Assembly: GCF_001194135.2 (NCBI RefSeq)
Contig: NC_068984.1
Location: forward strand, 63,534,935-63,595,006
Source of the DNA: Octopus bimaculoides
Taxonomy: Eukaryota
Direction of reading: 5' to 3'
DNA: 60,072 bases
Shown here: positions 26,701 to 37,960 of the stretch, one piece after another
Position numbering within the stretch: the first letter of the stretch is position 1
Layout: every line of letters begins with the position of its first letter
Position numbers and translations under genes: made by a program
The notes under the pieces: model-generated
The model's database searches: none
What the model saw: the letters and a program-made list of their open reading frames with translations, nothing else
What the model was told of the DNA's origin: nothing

Positions 26701-27883
26701 AATTTGAAGGAAACAAGGCATCATCTAATGAGTTTCATTTGAAAGATGAAATGGTAAGTAAACATGTCGCTAGAAATTCCTGGGAATTCCAGGGAAGTCA
26801 ACAATGAAGCGAGGACAAATATTAGGCTGGTTCTTACAAATTTTCAAACTAATGCCAGCATTGAAACTTGTTTTATATTCTATGTAGTGACACATTTACA
26901 GCTTAATATTTTCAAGTACCAAGTTTATATTTGAGGATTAGAAATTGTACCAGCATTATAAAACAAACAAGCTTTCAAAAATCATTAATGGCTCCGAAAT
27001 ATTTAATGAAAATATTTTCCAGGTGTCTCAAAATGCCAATAGGGTAATCAGTATGAAATAAATGTGGAAACATTAAATCTTTATAATGTGTCTCAGTAAT
27101 TTAGCGTTGCTTTTCTATTGAGAACACAGAATTCTTACGTATAATGTGAATTCAATATATTTTCATTTATAAATTTAAGAAATATGAGCATTTTAAAAAT
27201 ACATTTGTTAAATATAACGGTATTTTGTCCAGCTGATTATTTAATTAAAAAAATATAGATATTGATACTCTAAGAAAGAAATGATATTAGAAAATGTTGT
27301 TTGCTTAAATTTTAATGAAACAAAAAAACATTGATTATACAGTCACATAAATCAAATGTGCTCAATGAAGTTGAAAATTATTAAAAAAAAAACAAAAACA
27401 GAGAAAAAATGTTTTCAATCGGTTAGTAGCATGAATTTACAAGACCCGGTACTATTTACAATGACTAAGTATGAAGTCTTTGCTGTATTATAAAAATATG
27501 TAAATTAACAAATCAGATCAATTTTCATGAATTATATAATTCATTCATATTATTTAAAAAGAAAGGAAAATAACAAAAGAAAAAAAATTAAATTAATTTT
27601 CTATTTTAATATTATGAACTTTCACTAAAATTAAATGCTTATTACCAATAAAACATGCTAAATATTGATTTGCATCAACATATGCTGGATATTAATTCAA
27701 CAAGACATGCTGGATGAAAATGAAATTGTTTTGAAATGAGTTATTAATACATATATGAATTGCAATGTAATAACACTGTGTAATACTATGTCGTTGGGTA
27801 GAAGCTATTCTTTTTTTATTTGTTTAGCCCTAAGATGTATGAAAAATAATTAAAATTTCCTACATATTTTGCGTTCGTGTCAT

Positions 27884-28046
27884 TTATTCAAATCCCAAAG
27901 AATCCTTCTCAACACATGACTATGATGCTCCCCCACTACTCCTGTTCATGATGAAAGATACATATATTGTTAGCCACTAAGGGACATGCATAAGTAGTTA
28001 AGATCAAGCAAATGACAAGCAAACCGTGGTACTCAGCAGAATATTT
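27884..28046 (-). repeat. Fragment of the same dispersed repeat as 52883-53434, in the opposite orientation
   Basis: Reverse complement aligns by eye to 52994-53150 (e.g. ttctcaacacatgactatgatgctcccccactact vs agtagtgggggagcatcatagccatgtgttgagagga). Confidence 0.85.
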
Positions 28047-28477
28047 ATAGAATATTTATTCTGCTCAGTGATGATATCTACACATCGGCAACTCAGCTCT
28101 GGTCCTGCCTGAAATGTAATGGAAAATAAGTCAATTTCAAATGATTGATGTCTAGGTCACAAAAGCAAAATTGGAAGAAGACAATAGTCCTTTCCTTTGA
28201 TTTCTAGATAGAGGCAAGTACGAAATACCACTCAATGACCAAGACAAAAAATACATAATTTAAATACACAATGTAAATCAGTGAATGTGTAGTATAGTAG
28301 ACATAAGAAATGTATAGTAGAAATAATAACTGTAAAAATAGCTGTAATTGTTTGAAAAATACATGCAGAGTTGAGATGAGTGGGATTTGAACTTATGGCA
28401 GATAACTAATACAATGATGTCCTTTATCTTATCTGAAAGTTAACAACTCTAACAGTGAACCGACTTCATAATAATTT

Positions 28478-28665
28478 TAGTTTCAAAATTTGGCATAAAG
28501 ACAGTATGACGACCAGGAAAGATCCAGTTGATTACTTCGCGTCTAGTACCGGTTTGGTATTTCTTGCAGATGTCGAAAAGATAAAGGCTAACTTGATGTA
28601 GGCGGGCTGTGAACTCAGTAGGTAAACAACTTTAAAAATGCTGATATGCATTTCGTTCGGTGCAT
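28478..28665 (-). mobile_element. Old, highly diverged SINE of the same superfamily
   Basis: tttcaaaatttggcataaag tail, ggtttggtat core remnant, gtgaactcag B-box remnant and gcatttcgttcggtgc head remnant, all in the expected order. Confidence 0.55.
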
Positions 28666-28716
28666 ATATTAATTATGAAAACAGCAAAATAATAATGATG
28701 GCAATAATGAAAATTA

Positions 28717-28717
<1 letters not shown>

Positions 28718-28784
<67 letters not shown>
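28718..28784. repeat. (AGT)n microsatellite at the 5' flank of the Dong-like element
   Basis: About 22 AGT units, preceded by aataataatgat. Confidence 0.95.
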
Positions 28785-31333
28785 ATTTAGCTCAGTTTAT
28801 GAATGACAAGGCATTCTGGAGTAATTCTGTAACAACAAAAATGAAGCTGGACCTTTAAAGGAAGGCCTCTCACTCGGCTATAGTTCAGTAAAGATCAAAC
28901 TAACCACATACCGCCTCCGCAGATAAGAGAGTAAGGAGGAGATGTGAACCAGCGAAAAAACAGGATAGTGGTCCAGTGATTCTTAGAAAGTGAAACTAAG
29001 AGATAGGTCTACATAAAACAAACGGATATTAATTTAGATAGAGAAGGGTATGTTTAAAGTGAATGAACAGAGATTTGTAGATCGAAAGGTGCTTCTAGGA
29101 GAAGAAAGTGAGTAACAGTATTGCAGGTGGAAGAGATCACACAGTATTGCAGGTGGAAGAACTGGAAAAAAAAAGACTTGGCAGTTGGAAAAATACACAC
29201 AACATAAGAGATACATCTCAAACCAAAGAAGAACGTAAAGACAAATAATAATAGCACCACCAATAAGGAAAGGACAACTGGCACCAGCACCTTCAGTAAT
29301 TTAAGTGTGGAAAATTAGAAAATCTCAAATAAGTTGCCGGGAGGGCACCAACAGAATTCAGAAAGGCACTAAATGAAGTTTGAAAGGCACCAACAGCATT
29401 GAATGTCACCCACAGAAGTTTGAAAGGTACCAAAGGAAATAGATATGACTAGGAATGTAGATTCTGTTCTCAGTAGGATAGATGCTAAAAATATATATAA
29501 ACTAAATGTTTGATCTATGCAAGAGGGGTAGTAGTTAGTAGAAAATTAGATAATCCACAAGGAAAGATAAGAAAAGAGCAAAGGTAGAAAAGCAAATTAG
29601 AAACTAAAGTGAAGAGTCTAAGATTAAATTAGAATGGAAGCCTGGAAACTAACGGTTTAGGAAACGCAAGATGCATATCTTCCCTCGAGAAAAGATACTT
29701 AGTCAAAGGCAAAGGTTTTGGGACAGTCACAGAAGTGTTGTGACAGCGTATCACAGCAGTAGCAGGCAAACTCACCAGATATCAGAAAAGAATAGATGAA
29801 TGTCAATAGAATAGATCATTTCAGACAGACCAAAGTTGTGGTATGATCTTGGAAGAGGTAATTGAAAACTGAACTACTTGCTATTCATGGATGACTTGAA
29901 GTTATTCACAAAATCTGAGGCAGAACGGAACTGATTTTTTCCAGTGATATTAAGATTGAGTTTGGTCCCCCAAAATTTAGTATGATGATGATGAGACAAG
30001 GAAAGCTTATCAGGACAGAATGCATATGTTTGCCAAGTGAGAAAGTGATGAAGGCAATTCAACGTCAATCCAGCTATAAATACGTGGGAATACTTGAGAC
30101 AGATGGAATTAAACAAGTATATGTAGGAAAAAACAAAAACAGAGTACCTGCGGCGAGTGAGAAAAATATTGGCTGAAGTGGAGAGAGGAGGAGCTAATGT
30201 TGACATGGAGTCAAGAAAGCTCCTAACGTTGCATGGAACCCATTATCCACGTGCAGATATTGATCGCCTATACATGAAGAGAGTAAGTGGAGGAAAGGGG
30301 ACTGAATAAGTGTGGAAGACTGCGTACATATCGAACTCAAGAGCTTAATTAGATATCTAGCCCAAAAAAGGAAACATAGCTAGTGATAGGACCGTGGGAG
30401 TATTGAAAGCAGAGAAAAAAGGGTAAACAAAGAAAGAAGTACGAAAAGGATATGAAGAATTATGCAACAAGGAACTACACAATCACTTCAATATAGTCAT
30501 AAAAGGAGATGCTGAAAACAATAGGTGGGATTGGCTGAAGAAAGAACACTAAAAACGAGACCGGAAGCACTATACTGGCAGCGAAAGACCAAACTTTGAC
30601 CAGGAACTGGAGAGTCTATCTTGGAGATGAGCAAGTGTCTCTGCTGTGCTGCATCTGTAATAAATTGAATGAAGCCATTGCCGATATCATGAACGAATGC
30701 TCTAGACTTCCCCAAAACCAGTAAGCGTTATGGCGACACGATCAGGTAGCAAAAGGGCTATGTTGGAAACTGCGAGAAGTGGGAGCTAGAGTGACCCAAG
30801 ACATAGTATGAGCACAATCTTCAGAGAGTGGTGGAGTCGGAAGCTAGCGAAATCCTCTAGGATTTCGCAATCCGAAATGATCAGGTGCTGGAGCATAACA
30901 GACCTGACGGCTGCTGGTCGACAAGGTGCACCACTTGTGCTATATAGGTGATGTTGCATACCTCTTTGACACACGAATAGTCAAGAAAGAAGTGAACAAA
31001 TAGATAAATACAACCCACTGAAGTATGAAATAGCCCGGCTATGGAAAATGAAGAAGATGAAGATAGTGCCGATTATTGTTGGGTCCTTGGGAAAAGTGTC
31101 AGAAGGCATCAATAGGAATATAACATAAATAGGAAAAGAGTGCCTAGTAGAACTGTTAGAAAAGTTTTTCGTCATTGGTACGACCAGAATAATCAGGCAA
31201 GTATTAGCTAAAAAGAACGGATAGCATAGTACCGTAGGCTGTACGTAGCAAGCCTGCTACATGTGCAAGATTCCAGTTGTTCCAACAAAACCCGTGATAG
31301 AAAGAAATTATAATAATAATAATGATAATAATA
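28785..31333 (+). mobile_element. R4/Dong-clade non-LTR retrotransposon relic (RT + REL endonuclease), internally deleted
   Basis: Broken reading gives EKGMFKVNEQRFVD, QRITAVAGKLTRYQKRID, RT motif LLFMDDLKLF (29878-29907), YKYVGILETDGIK, RADIDRLYMKRVSGGKG, ETGSTILAAKDQ, a Cys-rich knuckle, RHDQVAK, EHNRPD (30891-30908) and KIVPIIVGSLG, ending in (AAT)n. Most of the RT upstream of FMDD is missing. Many stops and frameshifts. Confidence 0.9.
29341..29440 (+). repeat. About 20-bp minisatellite x5 inside the Dong-like element
   Basis: Units gagggcaccaacagaattca / gaaaggcactaaatgaagttt / gaaaggcaccaacagcatt / gaatgtcacccacagaagttt / gaaaggtaccaaaggaaat. Confidence 0.75.
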
Positions 31334-34219
31334 TATGAAAATTTACAATGATGCATTCTAGCAGGTTGCTTTTTCATGTGAGATAAGTGGTGGAGAAAAT
31401 TCCATGGAAATGCTACATTTATTCAATATATTAGGTCGTCAAGTATGACATTTGTTGAAAATAAAAAGAAGTTTGCTATTGTTTTATAAATACAAGGGAT
31501 TGTTTTATTCATCAAAGTATGCACCCATATCGTCAATACATTTTGCCATTTCAGCGGTAACTTGTCCCGGAACTGTAAAAGATTAGCAATATAGAGTCAA
31601 TAAAACTTGGAAGGCCTGTTTAAAAACATCATCAGAATTATTTTGTTTTCCTTTCAAAAAGTTATCCAAATTCTGGAAGAAGTGGTAGCCTGTGAGGACA
31701 AGATCATGTGAGTATAGTGGATGCTGGAGAAATTTCAACCCCAACTTCTATAGTTTGGCCAATGTCATTTTTACTATTAGCATTAGTACCTATCGCGAAC
31801 CTCTATCTATATTCAGCATCAAAAGATTTTGGTATCGAAAGAAAATTTTCCTTGGTCATTATCACAAAAGAAACTGAGCCAGTGAGGAAGATAGCAATCA
31901 TTTTCAATCACGAGCGGACAGGATGTAGGAGCTTCGCTGCGAGGGAATGAAAAGCAGCAAGAAATGAATGCAAAAAATATAATGACGAAATAATCGACGA
32001 GTTTATTTCCAACCAGAAAAAAAAAATTGCAAATAAAGGCTACATTCAGTATAATTAGGAACTAAGCTATACATACCATTCTGAATATAAGACAAAGCAT
32101 AGAGTATACATTGCAAATTAACATCTCCAAATATCATAAAGTGTTCAAAACCAGCAAATAAATGATTAAGCAATGCATAAACAATATACTAATTATTCAT
32201 AAATCTATTGACAATAAAAATATATTTTCACTATGAAGTACACACACCTACACAAGATACATTTAGTTCGTTAGCATAACTCAAGCAGCACATTCACTAT
32301 ATAATTAGAGCACAATTTCATAAATGTTTTTCTTGCAATCGACAGCAATATCAAGGATGCAAAAAAAAAAAAACATAACCGATAAAAATACAAAAAGCAT
32401 AGAAACAATCTCAAAACACGTACACACTCTAGCGTTTAGTAAAAATAATGCAGTCATTCACTCGGCAGAGAATGAAATTTCGTATACAACTATTACGAAA
32501 CAAGTAATAATGAAGGCGATACGATATGGAATGTAAACGTGTTAACGAATACATACCATAGATGCTAGAAATCAACATTATCATCATTAATATCAATACA
32601 TTCTTTCAGATAACAGACCCTAATTTTTGATGTGTGACGTCTGATTCTGCGTTGAGATTAAGATGTCGAAAGATCACACGAGACTTTAAAATGAATACCT
32701 ATAGAATTCTGCATTATTTTGTCAAAGTATGTTTTCCGTATTACAGCTATTTATTCAAATTTAAATTATCACTATTTCCTAAATACTCTGAGTAAATATC
32801 ATTGCTTTTACCAATAATTTTATTACATATATTTTATATTTGTAGTTTTCACAAAAGGTATTTAGCGTGTAAACGGAGAATGCAATCAAACGTTAATGCA
32901 AAGAAAGGCTGATTAGTAAGTGAGGGCTATAACAGTGCTTGGACACGAAAATACCTCAAATGGATCTTCTTTAGTTTCCAAGTTATAGCGTCTTACTCAG
33001 CAAAACAATTTACAACACGTACTGAGGGGGAAACACTAAAACGAAGCAATGTTGTAAAACAAAGAATTGAATAAACAAAATATTTTTTTTGTTAATCTAG
33101 AGAATTATTTCATCATCGAACATGCTAGGAAAGAATGTATTTGTAATGCATATGAAAAGTATACTTACTAGGCGTTTGTAATTGTATACATCATTAATTA
33201 ATTGTATACTAAATACAGCAGTTCCGGACAAAATTTCAAAAATAAACCTATACAATAAGTATGAAATATGACATAAAATAAACTAAAGCAGCTACAGAAA
33301 TAAAATATAACATATTTTGATATACTTTGCAATCCTTTACAAATGTGTTGAGTTTCTCGTGTTGATTTATCATTCAGATGCGCTTAGTACTCTATTTCTT
33401 TAAGTAGATGAATACGCCAAAGGAGCTTAACATATACAATAATACATTGTTTGTGTGAGAGTTAATGACATGTTAGCGTTTATGTAGCACTTTCAGCCGT
33501 TTCAGGAATGCATCATAGCAGATTTCTAGAAGAATATTCATACCTCTTATACGTATGTGAGCTAATCGAAATATATTGGACATTTAGGAAGAGGAAACAT
33601 TCTAGCTTACTAATTTGCGATGTACTTTGTCAGTTTGAATGTATAGTATGTGGTAATTTTAAACAAAGTAGCATAGACCGGCTACCACAATTTATATATA
33701 TATATACATAGAGAGAGAGAGAGAGAGAGAGAAAGAAAGAGAGAGAGATAGAAGGGGATTTGAAAACCTAGAGGTCTTTTAAAGATGTTTATTGACTTGA
33801 CGGGTTTCACCTCTTTAAAATAAGATTTTCAAAAGTGGAGTGCAAGGCTTTGTGTAGCCTTTGTGGTGTTAAAAAGCAGTGAACATAAATGTATTAAAAT
33901 ACAGTGATAGAGCCTTTCACAGCGATAAGAGAATTTTGAGAAATAGAATCTTTGACAACAATAACAAAATGATAAGATAGGTTTTGTGTTTAAACAGATT
34001 ACATATACGTGTTCAAAAGTAGCAGTAAAATAAGTTGATAATTGTTTATAAGTTCATCAGAATCATAAATATATATAGATATATATACAGAAAGAATTTG
34101 TTGGCAGTATTTGATTGGAGAAAGCGTGTATTGCTTTGTCAACTACAATCCTACGAAAGGCATTAAAAATACTATTCCATATTTTGTGACTACATATCAA
34201 ACTTCACTTACAGCGAACT

Positions 34220-34800
34220 ACCACAACCTAAGCCCAAATCCAATACCAGTAAAAGCCGAATGGAAAATCATCCGCGAGTTATAAAACAATAATGATTTCA
34301 CAATCAAGGAAGCAGATAACGCTAGTACTATTGTAATTATGGATACAGAACACTATATAAACTTTGTATCTGACCTCTTACAAGATGCTAACTACTATGA
34401 AAGAGTATCCAACTACCAACACTCAAAAACTATGTCTAGATTAAACATACTCATTTGCCAACATAAAAAGAACATAACGACAAAGGAATACGACTAATTA
34501 ATAAATTTTGCTTGCAAAACCAGCAACCTCTACGGACTTCCGAAAACCAAAAAGAGCAAAGTAGTTACCGAAACTTGCAAAATGTCCACCTTGGCCTGCA
34601 TCACTCTACTACACGACACTAACCTCAAACTGACACCCAATGTGGCATGTCCAAAATGTGAAGCACACAGATTAAGAAACACCTCACTTACAAACTCTTA
34701 AACTAATACTTAAACACAGACCAAGTATTGCAAGAGATGACCTGGGCCTCCTAAACCGTATCCCCAAACATGCAAATAAAGACATTATCATGGTCTCCTT
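34220..34800 (+). mobile_element. Penelope-like element, RT N-terminal fragment (pseudogene), cut by a gap
   Basis: EWKIIREL*NNNDFTIKEADNASTIVIMD..Y...LLQDANYYE, NLYGLPK (34525-34545), LTPNVACP, RDDLGLLNRIP..IMVSF match Penelope RT motifs (IKPADKG, FYGLPKIHK, LRPIV, LVSFDV). Confidence 0.85.
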
Positions 34801-35748
34801 TATTTATACATATATATATATANNNNNNNNNNNNNNNNNNNNNNNNNNNNNNNNNNNNNNNNNNNNNNNNNNNNNNNNNNNNNNNNNNNNNNNNNNNNNN
34901 NNNNNNNNNNNNNNNNNNNNNNNNNNNNNNNNNNNNNNNNNNNNNNNNNNNNNNNNNNNNNNNNNNNNNNNNNNNNNNNNNNNNNNNNNNNNNNNNNNNN
35001 NNNNNNNNNNNNNNNNNNNNNNNNNNNNNNNNNNNNNNNNNNNNNNNNNNNNNNNNNNNNNNNNNNNNNNNNNNNNNNNNNNNNNNNNNNNNNNNNNNNN
35101 NNNNNNNNNNNNNNNNNNNNNNNNNNNNNNNNNNNNNNNNNNNNNNNNNNNNNNNNNNNNNNNNNNNNNNNNNNNNNNNNNNNNNNNNNNNNNNNNNNNN
35201 NNNNNNNNNNNNNNNNNNNNNNNNNNNNNNNNNNNNNNNNNNNNNNNNNNNNNNNNNNNNNNNNNNNNNNNNNNNNNNNNNNNNNNNNNNNNNNNNNNNN
35301 NNNNNNNNNNNNNNNNNNNNNNNNNNNNNNNNNNNNNNNNNNNNNNNNNNNNNNNNNNNNNNNNNNNNNNNNNNNNNNNNNNNNNNNNNNNNNNNNNNNN
35401 NNNNNNNNNNNNNNNNNNNNNNNNNNNNNNNNNNNNNNNNNNNNNNNNNNNNNNNNNNNNNNNNNNNNNNNNNNNNNNNNNNNNNNNNNNNNNNNNNNNN
35501 NNNNNNNNNNNNNNNNNNNNNNNNNNNNNNNNNNNNNNNNNNNNNNNNNNNNNNNNNNNNNNNNNNNNNNNNNNNNNNNNNNNNNNNNNNNNNNNNNNNN
35601 NACAAAGGGAAATTACTGTGTGGTTCACCGGGCTACCGAACAATTGGCACACATTTTTACAGATAAATTCCTCTACATAATATCGAGGTCTCTTTCTTTC
35701 TTTTGTTGTATTTTCTATCAATATATATATATATATATATATACATAC

Positions 35749-35782
<34 letters not shown>

Positions 35783-36639
35783 GTAAATTACTCATTGATG
35801 AATGGGATTGATGATATTAATTTTATTACATTGTTTGCAATCCTTTTAACTATTCACATTTGAAATAGTCTTGTGTCATGTCTATCGACAGCAATTATGC
35901 CTTTCATCATATACACTACGAATATCATCTTGGATTAAATCAGAACATCGGAACAAAATAATATGCACACTAATTCGACAATTTCGCTAATAGGCAGTAT
36001 ACTCATCACCTTTCAAAAGTGCGCAGTTCTAAATAACATCTCTCTATGAAGGGAAACTTAGGCAAAAAGGTAAAAAAGATATAGCAGAAAAATATGATGA
36101 CATTCAATTCCATTCCACCTTCATTACTTCGTTTTTAATTATACCTCCAACGGCGCTGTCGTCCATAAACGAAGTGATTGGATGTCTCCGTGTGATAAGC
36201 AAGTGCTCTCATGTCATCGTTGTTATGTATTGTCACCAGAACAACAGGCTTAACGTCTCAAACTCGAAAGGTGTACGTTTTACTGTTTAATTTTGACAAT
36301 TATTCAGAGCAATTTACACATGCGTAATTCTTAGACACATGTGCATATATTGGGATAAGTATATGTATGCATACACACACACACGCATGTATATATACAT
36401 ATATATANNNNNNNNNNNNNNNNNNNNNNNNNNNNNNNNNNNNNNNNNNNNNNNNNNNNNNNNNNNNNNNNNNNNNNNNNNNNNNNNNNNNNNNNNNNNN
36501 NNNNNNATATATATATACTGGGACAGCTCATAAATAATGCAGTTTTTTCAATTACTTGAATCAAAAGCTGGAGGAAGACGGGATAAAGTACATGTATCAA
36601 CATGTATCTACGATAAAAGCAGGTAGTAATTTTACCTAA

Positions 36640-37222
36640 TACTTGTTCTTAGTACTGAAGAGTGCAGTTCGGTTTTGACAGTTATTTTTTCAAAGCTATA
36701 ATGGAAGTGACAAAGGAGAACGTTCGGCTTATTTTGCTTTGTGAGTTCAATAAAGGCAACAACGCAAAGGAATGTGCGAGGGATATGAATGCAGTATATG
36801 GGGAACGGACAATAATCGTAAACCAGTGTCAACGGTGGTTTCAGAAATTCCGAACTGAAAAATACAGCCTAGACAACAAGCTTCGTCCTGGAAGATATGT
36901 GGAGCCCAACAAGGACGTCCTGCAAACTCAGGTGGAAGAAAATCCCATCGTGACTGTTGAGGAACTAGCAGAGAATGTTGGATTAGGCCATTCAACAATT
37001 TAGTCAAAGGGTTCCTCACAAACTTTACGAGTCTACTTGCGCGCACAGTGTGAATGTACGCTCTTGTTTGCTGTCTCGTCTTTTTTGGACCGAACAGTGA
37101 TTGATGAAAAATGTGTTCTGTATAAAAATGTCAAGCGCTGAAGACACAGTGGGTGGGGAAAGGAGAAGAAGCGGTACCCAGGCTAAAGAAGGTCTTCACC
37201 CACGTAAGGTTTTCTTATCTGT
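36640..37222 (+). mobile_element. Mariner (DD34D-type) transposase relic, 5' half only
   Basis: MEVTKENVRLILLCEFNKGNNAKECARDMNAVYG...QRWFQKFR...VTVEELAE HTH region, then after indels VPHKL, VIDEKC (first-D motif) and LHPRK; no TIRs seen. Confidence 0.88.
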
Positions 37223-37249
37223 GCCTTGTTACCTCTGTATTGTTATCAG

Positions 37250-37785
37250 TGTGTGATCTGAGGATTGATATGAGCAACGATGCCTCGTTCTCCGAACATA
37301 TCGCCAAGATGCTGGCAATGCGCAAGGAAATGACTGGTTGGATTCTTAGAACTTTCAGAACAAGGTACCAGTGAGCTAATCTGGTTCTATGGATGACATT
37401 TTTTATCTAACAACCTTCACTACTGGTCTTAACTATGGTCGCTTTACAATGTCAAAATAAAAGCGGAACTTGAGAAAGTTTACTGGAACAACGAAACTTC
37501 TGGAAGACACAGAAAGACCTACGACCCTCCACTTTGGAGTTAAGACGGCGGGAATATGCAGCGATATAACTATGGAAGATCCTAGAGGGTCTGGCACCAA
37601 CCTTAGATATTGAAAGTTTACTGCTAGACATCACTACACACTTCCAAAGATCATAGGTATCCTGTCTAGAGTGAAGACCACGTACTGCAATAGCTTGAGG
37701 TTTAAGGAACCACAGTGTTGCCAAAACATCTGAGGCAACTTCATGGAATAGGAGTACAGGTTTTCTGCTATCCAATATCACAGAT
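37250..37785 (+). mobile_element. CR1-like LINE, 3' ORF2 fragment
   Basis: DLRIDMSNDASFSEHIAKM, GWILRTFRTR (37336-37365), LELRRREY, WKILEGLAP and TTYCNSL match the post-RT C-terminus of CR1/L2-type ORF2. Confidence 0.82.
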
Positions 37786-37924
37786 TAATCTGTATCAAAG
37801 CAGCAAATTCAAATAAGTCAACACTGTCGAACTCCCTTCATCACCGAAAGCCAATCACATACGATTCAAAAGGTGATTATACATGTGGTGCTCCATTATG
37901 GCTCCATTATCAAAGGTTAAAAGA

Positions 37925-37960
<36 letters not shown>

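Noticed and set aside
26661-26760. Exon-like segment ending ATG|GTAAGT
   Set aside because: All three frames contain a stop between the candidate acceptors and the donor.
28846-28889. HDV-like ribozyme at the Dong-like 5' end (gctggac/gttcagt P1-like pairing with a G-U first pair)
   Set aside because: No P3, P1.1 (GG) or P2 partner can be placed; seven base pairs with two wobbles is within chance.
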